Positions 29,717-38,907 of a stretch of DNA of 64,000 bases are shown in pieces. The notes beneath the pieces are model-generated. The model did not search any database. It saw only the letters and a program-made list of their open reading frames with translations, and was not told the origin of the DNA. Within the stretch, counting starts at the first letter, position 1. The number at the start of each line of letters is the position of its first letter. The DNA is taken from contig CAZQLN010000001.1 of the NCBI GenBank assembly GCA_964594215.1, positions 103,638 to 167,637 on the forward strand. The letters are read 5' to 3'. Made by a program: the position numbers and the translations under genes. The DNA comes from an uncultured Bdellovibrionales bacterium (GTDB taxonomy: Bacteria > Patescibacteriota > Minisyncoccia > Moranbacterales > UBA1568).

Positions 29717-30663
29717 AAAAAAAATCACTTAATATTCTCAAGGTACTGATTTCTTTGGGTCTGGTCTATTGGTTGGTTCAGAAGCTTGATTGGCAGCTGG
29801 TTTTCAAGGAGCTTCAGAGTATTAAGATAGGCTATGTGGTATTGTTTATTTTGCTGCAATTGGTCGCTATTGTTTTGTCATCGAAGAAGTGGCAAGTGAT
29901 AGCGAGGTTTCAGGAGATTCACTTTACGGTCTGGGAGGGTTTTCAAACCTATCTGACTGGGACGTTTATCAATAACTTCCTGCCCTCGACGATTGGTGGC
30001 GATATCTACCGAAGTCTCTGGTTAGTGGGAAGGGGAGCTCGTAAGAGTCGAGCTTTTTCCACGGTTATTTTTGATCGTTTTCTTGGATTGATTATGACTT
30101 CAGCACTGGCGCTTGTCGGAGGATTTTTTGTCTGGCAATTTCTTGATCTACCCGCATTTTTGGTTTTATCATACACGCTTGTATTGGGGCTGCTTATTTT
30201 TTTTGGTCTCTGGATTGCCTTTGAGCGTACGGTGTTTGTACAAAACTTAGTGACTCGTATCCCGTGGCAGAAACTGCGAAATCTTTTCGAGGAAAGTTTG
30301 CGTTATAACGCGATGGCTATATGGAAAACAGCATCGTTTTGGACGACTTTATTTATGTTGGTGGGTCTTGGGCTTTCTAATTACGTTTTGTTTCTTGCTC
30401 TGGGTTACACTTTGCCATTCTTTCCCTTCTTGGGATTGGTATTTCTGATGGCGCTTTATGTTAGCTTTCCGATCTCTATTAGTAATATCGGGGTCAAGGA
30501 ATGGGCCTACGGAGTCTTATTTGTACTTCTTGGTGTCAGTTTCGAGACTGCTGTGACCGTAGCTCTCCTTTCTCGTATTCTCCAGACAGGCATTTCTCTG
30601 TTTGCTCTGCCCATCTATTTAAGAGAGGCTTCTCAGAAACTCTTGGCTAAAAGTGAAGCCTAA
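29713..30663 (+). CDS. UPF0104 / lysylphosphatidylglycerol-synthase TM-domain flippase-like protein
   Basis: NNFLPSTIGGDIYR, DRFLG, PISISNIGVKE; about 8 TM segments. Confidence 0.88.
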   Translation: MKKKSLNILKVLISLGLVYWLVQKLDWQLVFKELQSIKIGYVVLFILLQLVAIVLSSKKWQVIARFQEIHFTVWEGFQTYLTGTFINNFLPSTIGGDIYRSLWLVGRGARKSRAFSTVIFDRFLGLIMTSALALVGGFFVWQFLDLPAFLVLSYTLVLGLLIFFGLWIAFERTVFVQNLVTRIPWQKLRNLFEESLRYNAMAIWKTASFWTTLFMLVGLGLSNYVLFLALGYTLPFFPFLGLVFLMALYVSFPISISNIGVKEWAYGVLFVLLGVSFETAVTVALLSRILQTGISLFALPIYLREASQKLLAKSEA

Positions 30664-30665
30664 GC

Positions 30666-32945
30666 TTACTGCGGACGACCTTCGTAGCGGAAGGCGCGGA
30701 CATAGTGTGAGGGACGCTCATTGATCTTGACTTCGAAGTCAGGATTTTCTTTATCGTAGAAAAGATGAATCGGAATGACGGTATCTTTGTGGCTATCATA
30801 GCTCGAACGAATCATGTGGCCAGTGCGTATCTTGCGGGCTGATGAGATGACTATGTAGTCAATATCTTGATCGGTAATCACCTCAGGATTGTTACCACGT
30901 TTGCAGCGACCAACGAAAAACTGACACACACCGTCCTTATCTGTCCAAATGAGGGTGTCTTTGGCATTCGGGAGACTATTGAGTTTTTGGGCTATCTCAT
31001 AGCTTCCTGGGCCCATGTCTTTGAGATCAATATAGTACTGACTTGGAAGGAGAGAAGAAGCATAACTGAGCGGGAAATGAGTACGAGCTAGAGTAGCTAC
31101 TCCACAAGCAAGAACGATGAGAGTAAGAATAAATACAGCATGGTCCTTCTGCCAATGATATTTTCGTTCAACAAAACGAGCTAGGTGGAACAAGCCAATA
31201 CCACCGAGTAAGGCTACAAGGGGAAAGATGATGATCTGGTAGCGGATAATAGAAGCGACACCGTTTACTGTAGCACCGAGATAGTAAACGAGAGAAAGAA
31301 GGGTGATGTAGAAAGCGAAGCGCAGGCTTGAGCTCTTCCAGAAGTGTTTTTGGGAGAGGAAAAGTGCTGCTATGAGAATTCCTAAGAGGGCGAGGGGAGT
31401 CATTCCAAAGGTAAGGGGATAGAAATTGGTCACGAAGACTCCGAAAAGATCACTTTTACTACTGATGGTTTTCGGAGAAGCGATCAATTGCATGAAGTCA
31501 TAGACAGCCATGTGAGACCACGTAGTAATGAGGACAAATAGGATACTAGCAAAGAATATCAAAAGCGGCAGACGGGCTACAGTGAGACGAAAATGACCAA
31601 GCCATTTGAGAGCCCAGGCGATGATACGAGACTGGTTGAGATTCTCATCCAAGAGAATAAGGAAGATAAGGCCCAAGAAAAGAGGGGCGACTTTGACAAA
31701 GGCTTGGCTCAAAATAGTACCCTGAATCAACTCCATAGGATCTACCCAGTTGGCAGGCAGGATGATATAGAAGGTTGCAAGAGAAACGAAAATAACAAAG
31801 CCAATCTGGAGCAGAGATTTTCTTAAGTAGGAAGAAAATTCTTGACGAGCTAATCTAGGATGGTACAGGTATTCTACGAAGAGGAGGAGTAACAGATAAA
31901 TGAAGACAATATTAGCAATGTATTTCGTAAGAAGAGCGAGGCCAAGAAATAATCCCGAAAGAAAGAGGTAGCGATAGTAAGCTCTTTTCTGGAAAACAAG
32001 GTAACTCACAATAGAGAGGGTGGTGAAGATCCATAAAAGAGCATCAGGATTAATGATTTTGGTGACCCCAATGAGGAGGGGAGAGGTAGCTAGAAGAGCG
32101 AAAGAAAGAAGGGCGGCTCCGCGACCAAGAACTCGTTCTAGGAAGAAGTAGAGAAGGGGTAGAAGCAACGTGACAAAGAGAAGAAGAGGGAAACGGAAGG
32201 CGGCGAAAAACTGTGCCATGTCGAGATTTCTATTGATGAAGACCTCGCCGTCGCTTCTCAAGTCATCATAATCATCAGGATCGTATTTCAGAAGAGCGGC
32301 ACCGGAGAGAATAGAAACAGTAATACCTGGTTTATCACTGACGTCTGTTTTATGAAATTCACGATCAGCGATATTATTCCAATACTGAGAGATACGTCCA
32401 TAGAGCCAGAGTGGCTCATCGACAGCAGCGTACTGGCCGAGACGGATAAAGCCAAAAGAGAAGAAGGTAAGGCTTAAGAATAGAACAAGAAATAGCGTGG
32501 GTGCCCCCTGAGCTCGCCACCAGTCACGGACACTCAAACCTGAAGAGACTTTTGGTTGGCGCTTCACGAAGCGGTAGTAAAATAAGCTAGCCGTCATTAT
32601 CAATCCTAGACCAGAACCCACTTGAAAAATAAAATGAAACTTTGGCGAGAGGATAACGCCGGTAAAAATAATCAAGAAAGTGGGGAGTAGAGCCATGCTT
32701 AGGAGAGAGAATTGATCAAGGAGTGATCTTGAAGCATAGTTTTTATGAAAGAAAAGAATGCCACCAAGGCAGAGTCCGATAAGCCCGAAGCCCCCGTAAA
32801 AAAAGGTATTATCTACAGTGGCAAGTTTGAAAAAAGTGAGAGCGTGGACTTGTTTGGCAATAAAGAAAAAGGCGATAGTAGCGCCGAGAATACTGATACT
32901 GACGAGGGGGTTTTGGAGGCGACGAGCAGAAGGTAAGGGAGTCAT
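30666..32945 (-). CDS. ArnT/PMT-family (GT-C) glycosyltransferase
   Basis: AVDEPLW, SDKPG, IINPDALLW, LALLTKY, IRYQ; many TM segments. Confidence 0.8.
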   Translation of the reverse strand: MTPLPSARRLQNPLVSISILGATIAFFFIAKQVHALTFFKLATVDNTFFYGGFGLIGLCLGGILFFHKNYASRSLLDQFSLLSMALLPTFLIIFTGVILSPKFHFIFQVGSGLGLIMTASLFYYRFVKRQPKVSSGLSVRDWWRAQGAPTLFLVLFLSLTFFSFGFIRLGQYAAVDEPLWLYGRISQYWNNIADREFHKTDVSDKPGITVSILSGAALLKYDPDDYDDLRSDGEVFINRNLDMAQFFAAFRFPLLLFVTLLLPLLYFFLERVLGRGAALLSFALLATSPLLIGVTKIINPDALLWIFTTLSIVSYLVFQKRAYYRYLFLSGLFLGLALLTKYIANIVFIYLLLLLFVEYLYHPRLARQEFSSYLRKSLLQIGFVIFVSLATFYIILPANWVDPMELIQGTILSQAFVKVAPLFLGLIFLILLDENLNQSRIIAWALKWLGHFRLTVARLPLLIFFASILFVLITTWSHMAVYDFMQLIASPKTISSKSDLFGVFVTNFYPLTFGMTPLALLGILIAALFLSQKHFWKSSSLRFAFYITLLSLVYYLGATVNGVASIIRYQIIIFPLVALLGGIGLFHLARFVERKYHWQKDHAVFILTLIVLACGVATLARTHFPLSYASSLLPSQYYIDLKDMGPGSYEIAQKLNSLPNAKDTLIWTDKDGVCQFFVGRCKRGNNPEVITDQDIDYIVISSARKIRTGHMIRSSYDSHKDTVIPIHLFYDKENPDFEVKINERPSHYVRAFRYEGRPQ

Positions 32946-33053
32946 AGTTTTTGCTAAGCGGTCAAAAATGAGATAAAATAGAGTTATCTTGGGGATGGGT
33001 AACTCGCTTCATTTTAGATGAAAATAAGCCAAAAAGAAAGTATGCTTAGTACC

Positions 33054-34832
33054 ATGGATCCCTTCCAAAAATCTTTCTTCGTATTCCTTTTTGTAGCCAT
33101 TCTAGCTTTTGCTTTTTATATTCGTGTCGACCATTTTGAACGTTGGCTTCATTTTGAGCTTGATCAAGCTCGTGATGCGATTGTTATTGATGGAGGATTT
33201 GCTGGTGATTTTTGGGACTTACCGCTACTAGGACCCAAGGCCGGAGGAACTTTTCTTCGTCTTGCTCCAGCCTTCTATTACCTCGAGTACGTAAGTGGGC
33301 TTATCTTTGGTCAGAAACCTGCGGGTATTGCCTTTTTCGTACCTATTCTTGGGGTATGTCTTTTGCCACTGCTCTATCTCTTGTTTAGAAGGGCTCACTC
33401 TGCTTGGGAGAGTCTGGGCTTGATGGCACTTGCTTCGGTATCAATGTACATGGTGCTTTATGCTCGTTTTGCCTGGAATCCGAACTTGTTGCCGTTTTTT
33501 CTTACTCTTGGGTTTTACGCCTTACTACGAGCTGTACCGGTGGATGAAAAGCACCGAACAGTTTGGTTTTTGGTAGCTACCTTTGCTTTAATGTTAGCTA
33601 CACAGATGCATTTCTTGGCGTTTCTGGCGGTACCTATTATTGTAGCGGCTTTCTTATTACTCAAAAGAGCGCGTTTTTCTTGGCAGGCGTGGACGGGCGC
33701 AATCGCTATCATTATTTTCCTTTCCTTGCCAGTGATTCTCAATGAACTCCGTACGGGGGGTGCTAATACGGGTGAGTTTTTTGCCGCCATCACGGAGAAG
33801 TCTACCAAGGAGCAGCACAATCTTATCGAAAAAGGTATTCGTGATATCTCCGAGTTTGGTCTCGCCAGTGTAGTCATACTCACCGGTTCTGAAAGTGCTA
33901 CTTTTCCAAATGTTTTGGTCAATGCGGAGGCTTGGGGGACAGTCTGTGATGCGAAGTGTGACAAAGGGAAGTTATTAGGTGTTCTTGGGGTATTATTTTT
34001 CCTTTTGGGGACAGCATCTTTGTGTAGAGGCTGGTGGAGGGCTCGTGATCGACAGGTATCAGATTTTTATCTTTTGGCGATGATTTGGCTCGGGGTTTCA
34101 TTTATCTTGTATTTACCACTAGCCTATGCGGTAGCGCCGCGGTTTTATCTTCTCTCAGCGCCATTGTTTTTCATCATGCTCGGAAGTATTTATACGAATA
34201 TTGTCCCAGGGACAGGTAAAATCAAGCACGGAGTGTTTGTTCTACTTATTATTATCTTAGTTATCCTCAATTACCTTTATCTGGATCAGCGCTATACAGA
34301 GTTGGTCAAAGCGCCTTTTAATCCCGTTTTGAGTGCTCCAGATCGTGTCTTGAAAGAGCGTACACGCGTGACTCTCGAACAACAGACTATCATCAGTTAT
34401 TTCCTTCGTGAAAGATATCGAGAAACCGGTAAGGTGCTGTATCTTACGAGTGAGCCACAGTATAAGCGAGCGCTCAAGTATATGTTGGAACGAGAGCATA
34501 TTCCGATGAGTGGTTTCAACGCTGCCAATCTCTATCGTGAAGGACTTTACTATCTTGTTTTGCGTACTGGTGGCAATATCGAAACTAACTATGCTAAGTA
34601 TTTAGATCGTTTCGATGTTATTCAGGTCACTCAATTTGGAACACTCAGCTTAGTTGAACTTCGACCCAAAGAAGAGTTTATTGTGGGTGACCGGCAGGAT
34701 CTCAACGTTCCAGCTAAACAAGCTACCTCCAAAGCCCCGCCACGCTATACCTGGCGAGAGTTTTTCACTCCTGGAGCTGGAGAGTTTTCAGAAGATGAAG
34801 TAGAAAGTGAGATTACGACTGATGCTAACTAA
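33054..34832 (+). CDS. ArnT/PMT-family (GT-C) glycosyltransferase
   Basis: FELDQARD, PLLGP, APAFYYL, ARFAWNPNLLPFF, QMHF; start uncertain (33018/33042/33054). Confidence 0.8.
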   Translation: MDPFQKSFFVFLFVAILAFAFYIRVDHFERWLHFELDQARDAIVIDGGFAGDFWDLPLLGPKAGGTFLRLAPAFYYLEYVSGLIFGQKPAGIAFFVPILGVCLLPLLYLLFRRAHSAWESLGLMALASVSMYMVLYARFAWNPNLLPFFLTLGFYALLRAVPVDEKHRTVWFLVATFALMLATQMHFLAFLAVPIIVAAFLLLKRARFSWQAWTGAIAIIIFLSLPVILNELRTGGANTGEFFAAITEKSTKEQHNLIEKGIRDISEFGLASVVILTGSESATFPNVLVNAEAWGTVCDAKCDKGKLLGVLGVLFFLLGTASLCRGWWRARDRQVSDFYLLAMIWLGVSFILYLPLAYAVAPRFYLLSAPLFFIMLGSIYTNIVPGTGKIKHGVFVLLIIILVILNYLYLDQRYTELVKAPFNPVLSAPDRVLKERTRVTLEQQTIISYFLRERYRETGKVLYLTSEPQYKRALKYMLEREHIPMSGFNAANLYREGLYYLVLRTGGNIETNYAKYLDRFDVIQVTQFGTLSLVELRPKEEFIVGDRQDLNVPAKQATSKAPPRYTWREFFTPGAGEFSEDEVESEITTDAN

Positions 34833-36360
34833 GACTGCTATGCAAAAATGGTTTCTCGGCAAGCAAACCCTTGCCCTTCTCTTCGTTATTATTACTATTG
34901 GTACAGGGTTGAGACTCTATAATCTGGGGTACAACTCTTTTGTCGCAGATGAATTCCTTGATATCAATTCGAGCTATGGTTACAGTCAGACGGGTACCTG
35001 GAAGGCCTGGGACTTCAATTATGGGGTACCGGCGACCGAAAACATCAATGACGCCCGTGATGCACGAGCCGCTGTGTATAAGTGGCAAGTAGCACAAGTA
35101 TTTAAGATCTTACCACCGACAGAGACTAGCGCTCGCCTCGTCAGTGTTTTGTGGGGAGTCATCTCCATGATTCTGATTTTTTGGGTGACTCGGTATTTCA
35201 CCAAGAGTAAGGAAGCAGCTCTCATAGCAACTTTTCTGTTCGCTCTTTCAGTGAGCGCTATCATCTTCGATAGACGGTTGCGCATGTATGCGATGTTTTT
35301 GCCAGTATATCTGGCATTAACAACTAGCCTGTATGCCCTCTTTGAACAAGAGTATCGAGGGAGGCTAGATAGAGTGAAACATGTTTGGGAAAAGTATGGA
35401 GTGAATGTTTGGTTCGTAATTCCAACAGTAGTTCTCGGTTACGTCGCATTTCTGACTCATCAAATTACTCTCACTATCGTGCCGATGTTTGGGGTTTACG
35501 TACTCGTGATGAGTATCCTTTTGTGGCGTCAGGGGAATCGTAAGAATAAATACAGCATCCTGACAGCTCTTGGGATTCTCGCTCTGGTCGGATTAATAGT
35601 GACTGGGCTCTGGTCCAAAGTGAGCTATCTCTTTGTTTTTTTCGATAACCACTATTCATACATTGGGTATGTTTTTGGTGATTTTGCCCAACCATTGATG
35701 GGGATGCTGTTAGTGGCAGTAGGGGCATGGGCACTGATCAAGAATCGAGAAACTCACAAGCAGGGGGTATGGCTAGCTGTTTCCTTGGGGGTACCTCTCG
35801 CTATGGCTATTTGGTTGTGGCACCGCAATGCCGGTCCGCAGTACATTTTTTTTGTACAGTCATTTACCTTCATTTTAGCAGCCGCCGGGGTTAATTGGCT
35901 CCGCTTACTTTTAGTAGAAAAATTTACTCATACTAAAAAAGTTTCTTTGATTGTTTTACTTTTGACAGTTCTTCTCCTACCAAATTATCTTTACTTCCAG
36001 GAAGAAAACAATACCTATCACGAAACTTCATCCGGAGGGAACCCTAATTACAGCAAGGTCTTCACCTATTTCAAGAAGCAGCATCAACCAGAAGAAGTCT
36101 TGATTACGAGAAATTTCCGTAATTATTATTGGAGCGGAGCTCAGGTACCGGTTTATGATTTTGGAGGAGAACTTTCAGAACGTAATTTCTCAATTGCTGA
36201 TCTACAAGCTATTCAGGCTAAGCATGCTCATGGCTGGATAATTGTTTCTGAGAATGATCTCGACTATATAAAGGGAGACGCTAAGGATTATATAGAACAA
36301 AACCTCGAGCACGTCAGCAATTCTAATATCCGTGGAGCTATCGAAGCTTATCGATGGTAA
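34822..36360 (+). CDS. PMT/GT39-like (GT-C) glycosyltransferase
   Basis: LRLYNLG..SFVADE, ARLVSVLWG, RMYAM, LTHQ; multi-TM. Confidence 0.8.
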   Translation: MLTKTAMQKWFLGKQTLALLFVIITIGTGLRLYNLGYNSFVADEFLDINSSYGYSQTGTWKAWDFNYGVPATENINDARDARAAVYKWQVAQVFKILPPTETSARLVSVLWGVISMILIFWVTRYFTKSKEAALIATFLFALSVSAIIFDRRLRMYAMFLPVYLALTTSLYALFEQEYRGRLDRVKHVWEKYGVNVWFVIPTVVLGYVAFLTHQITLTIVPMFGVYVLVMSILLWRQGNRKNKYSILTALGILALVGLIVTGLWSKVSYLFVFFDNHYSYIGYVFGDFAQPLMGMLLVAVGAWALIKNRETHKQGVWLAVSLGVPLAMAIWLWHRNAGPQYIFFVQSFTFILAAAGVNWLRLLLVEKFTHTKKVSLIVLLLTVLLLPNYLYFQEENNTYHETSSGGNPNYSKVFTYFKKQHQPEEVLITRNFRNYYWSGAQVPVYDFGGELSERNFSIADLQAIQAKHAHGWIIVSENDLDYIKGDAKDYIEQNLEHVSNSNIRGAIEAYRW

Positions 36361-36372
36361 TAGGTGAATCTA

Positions 36373-36401
36373 TTGACTAAAAGCCTGTTTAAAGGTAGTC
36401 T
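36373..36401 (+). promoter_or_regulatory. sigma70-like promoter
   Basis: TTGACT (36373-36378), 17 nt, TAGTCT (36396-36401) upstream of the 36440 ORF. Confidence 0.55.
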
Positions 36402-36439
36402 TTTGTTACCAAATAGGGTATTTTTTCGGGAGAAATAAA

Positions 36440-36670
36440 GTGCTAGATGGAAAGAGTTTTACCACACAGACGATTTCTGAAAATCAGTTCAAACAGAATC
36501 TGGTGGACATGGTGGCGCGTCACCAAAAGCTTACGGAGCAAGGACGTCAAGTTCTTTTCGACGGAAGAGACATTTCTCTCTTAACCCTCGGAGAACTCCT
36601 TTTGGCTGATCCAACTACAATGTATTTTCGTACCGAGGTCATCCCGCTTTTCGAAGCCGCCGCCGCATAG
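36440..36670 (+). CDS. Small hypothetical protein (76 aa)
   Basis: Own promoter, GGGAG Shine-Dalgarno before GTG, downstream terminator. Confidence 0.6.
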   Translation: MLDGKSFTTQTISENQFKQNLVDMVARHQKLTEQGRQVLFDGRDISLLTLGELLLADPTTMYFRTEVIPLFEAAAA

Positions 36671-36693
36671 TCGGCAGTCTTTGGGAGAGTATC

Positions 36694-36739
36694 CTAAAAA
36701 AGCGTCGCTCAGGTGAAACACCTTGGCGACGTTTTTTAG
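36694..36739. terminator. Bidirectional intrinsic terminator
   Basis: ctaaaaaagcgtcgctcaggtg-aaa-caccttggcgacgttttttag between convergent genes. Confidence 0.85.
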
Positions 36740-36743
36740 ATAG

Positions 36744-38204
36744 CTATACCTTTTTGAGCATTTTAGAGAAGGGGCCTAAGTCTTTGGGAGTGAGAACCTT
36801 GGCGTACCAGAGAAAGATAAGATGAAGAGCAAAGAAACCAGCACCTAGGGGAATAAAAAGAAAAACATTTTTTGGCAAGAAAAAAGCCATATCGAAAATG
36901 ATGATAGAGCTCAACAGAGAGATGAAGAAATCTCGTTTCGGCAGTTTAATAGCAAATTCTTTGACTAAGGCAATCAAGATGTATCCCATGAGAACAAATG
37001 AGGTGAGGGTAACCGCTGCTGAGGCCCCAGCAATGCCGTAGACCGGAATAAGGCTGAAGTTTAAGAGAGAGGTCATAATCACTCCGAAAATAGTAGCTAC
37101 AAGAGGTATAGCGAGTCGTCCAGCACCAGCTAACGCAAAGGCGAAGACATAGAAGACTGTGAGAAAACCCGAACCAATGAGGAATATCTGATAAGCCGCT
37201 AAGGCATCTGCGTACCGATGGCCATAGAAGAATTGGAGCACCTCAGTACCGTAGGCGTAGAGGAGTGTCAGCATAGGAATTAAGATAATCACCATAAGAC
37301 GAAGCGATTGAGTAACCAGTGATTTGGTTTCTTCATCTGTGGTGTTGGTTTTGGATTTGGCGATAGCAGGAAGCAAAATAATAGTGAGGGCGTAGAAAAG
37401 AAAGTAGGGGATGCGTCCAGCAGTGATGGCGGCATTGTAAAGACCAGTCAGGAGATCATCATGGAGAAGCGCTTTGACGAAATAGAGATCTACAGTAAGG
37501 ATAAGCTCATAACAAAGAAGAAAGAGCGTGAAGGGCCAAGCATAATTGAGAAGTTGTTTGGTAGGGAAGTGATAGGAAGCTTCTTTGGCGGGAAGAGTAG
37601 GGTTTACCTTCACAAGATCATAGAGGCTGGCTATAAGAAAAACAGCTAACGGCGCTGCGATATAGCCAGCGACAGCACCAGCAACTCCATAGAGATAACC
37701 AAGGCCAATGATGAAAATAATACGAGCGAGAGCTCTAAGGGTTTTGAGGACCGCTTGGAGACGAAAATAATGAAGACCAGTATAGAAATAAAAATAAAAC
37801 GAAGCGGCAGCAAAAGCAGGTATGATAAAAGCAGAAAGTTGGAAGAGTGGGGTGAGGCTCGGATCTTTGAGAACACCCTCTGCAATAAAAGAGGAAAGGC
37901 AATAAAAAATAAAAGTCGTGGGTAGGATGATGAATACTTGGAGTTTGATAGCAGTTTTTTTAATACTCCGTACGCGGTCAGGGTGAGATTCGAAAATCTC
38001 AGCTAGGTACTTAGACATAGCTGTAGGGACCCCATTACCAATGAGAACAATCAACATGGTAGTGAGGGTCACGATGATGCCGAAGCGCCCATAATCCTCA
38101 GGACCCAAAATACGTCCAAGGGAAGCGTGGATGACATAGCCGGCCACATTGAAAATAATCTCAGAAGCAGTCAGCCAAATAAGAGCTTTGTTAAAATTTT
38201 TCAT
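36744..38204 (-). CDS. Wzx/MOP-superfamily oligosaccharide flippase
   Basis: LGRILGPEDYG, GVPTAMSKYLA, VDLYFVK, GLYNAA, LNFSLIPVYGIAGA; about 14 TM segments. Confidence 0.9.
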   Translation of the reverse strand: MKNFNKALIWLTASEIIFNVAGYVIHASLGRILGPEDYGRFGIIVTLTTMLIVLIGNGVPTAMSKYLAEIFESHPDRVRSIKKTAIKLQVFIILPTTFIFYCLSSFIAEGVLKDPSLTPLFQLSAFIIPAFAAASFYFYFYTGLHYFRLQAVLKTLRALARIIFIIGLGYLYGVAGAVAGYIAAPLAVFLIASLYDLVKVNPTLPAKEASYHFPTKQLLNYAWPFTLFLLCYELILTVDLYFVKALLHDDLLTGLYNAAITAGRIPYFLFYALTIILLPAIAKSKTNTTDEETKSLVTQSLRLMVIILIPMLTLLYAYGTEVLQFFYGHRYADALAAYQIFLIGSGFLTVFYVFAFALAGAGRLAIPLVATIFGVIMTSLLNFSLIPVYGIAGASAAVTLTSFVLMGYILIALVKEFAIKLPKRDFFISLLSSIIIFDMAFFLPKNVFLFIPLGAGFFALHLIFLWYAKVLTPKDLGPFSKMLKKV

Positions 38205-38270
38205 AGAGATTTTTTGTAAGAAAGGCCAGGCTTTCTTGCTCTTATACCGCGTTGAAAAAGCTTTTTCTTT

Positions 38271-38906
38271 CTATTCACTAGTATAACCTACTTTTTCAAG
38301 TATAAGGCGAAAAATCTCTTCTTCTGCTTTGGTAGCATCAAGGGATATAAGACTCCAGGGTTCTTCTTTACTATTAAACAAAATAAGCTTATCTTCAAGG
38401 TATTGTTGACCTTGTTCAGGGATACGACTCCGATTCATAATATCTTCTGCATTGAGAGCAAAGAAGAATGGATAGTTTGCTTTTGGCATGAAATGCGCTA
38501 AGAATCTGATGCCAAAACGTACCAGTGCTGAATCTTTGGCAAGGTTGAGGTATTCTATATTGATCATTGAGTCATAAAAGGAGCGATCAGAGAGAATATA
38601 GTCGTAACCTTCCAGACGTAGGTGGCGACACCAGAAATGGAAACGAATAAAGTCTATGAAGAGAAATTTTTCTCGCAGGATAAGACTTATCAAAGAAGCT
38701 TCGGTAACAGCCTTTTCTTGACCAGCTTCAAATGACCGCTTCCCTTTGAGAAGACGACTAATCTTATTAGCAAGGGAGAACTCAACAGCATGAAAATAAG
38801 CTACCTTGTGGCCATTTTTGACCAGATGGTTCATCAAGGGTTCGAGTTGAGTAGATTTACCCGAACCATCTACACCAGTGAGGGCGATATAAGAGATATC
38901 ACTCAT
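38271..38906 (-). CDS. Thymidylate-kinase-like P-loop kinase (atypical)
   Basis: IALTGVDGSGKST P-loop; ILSDRSFYD (DR motif); lacks the usual AYQG motif. Confidence 0.75.
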   Translation of the reverse strand: MSDISYIALTGVDGSGKSTQLEPLMNHLVKNGHKVAYFHAVEFSLANKISRLLKGKRSFEAGQEKAVTEASLISLILREKFLFIDFIRFHFWCRHLRLEGYDYILSDRSFYDSMINIEYLNLAKDSALVRFGIRFLAHFMPKANYPFFFALNAEDIMNRSRIPEQGQQYLEDKLILFNSKEEPWSLISLDATKAEEEIFRLILEKVGYTSE

Positions 38907-38907
38907 A

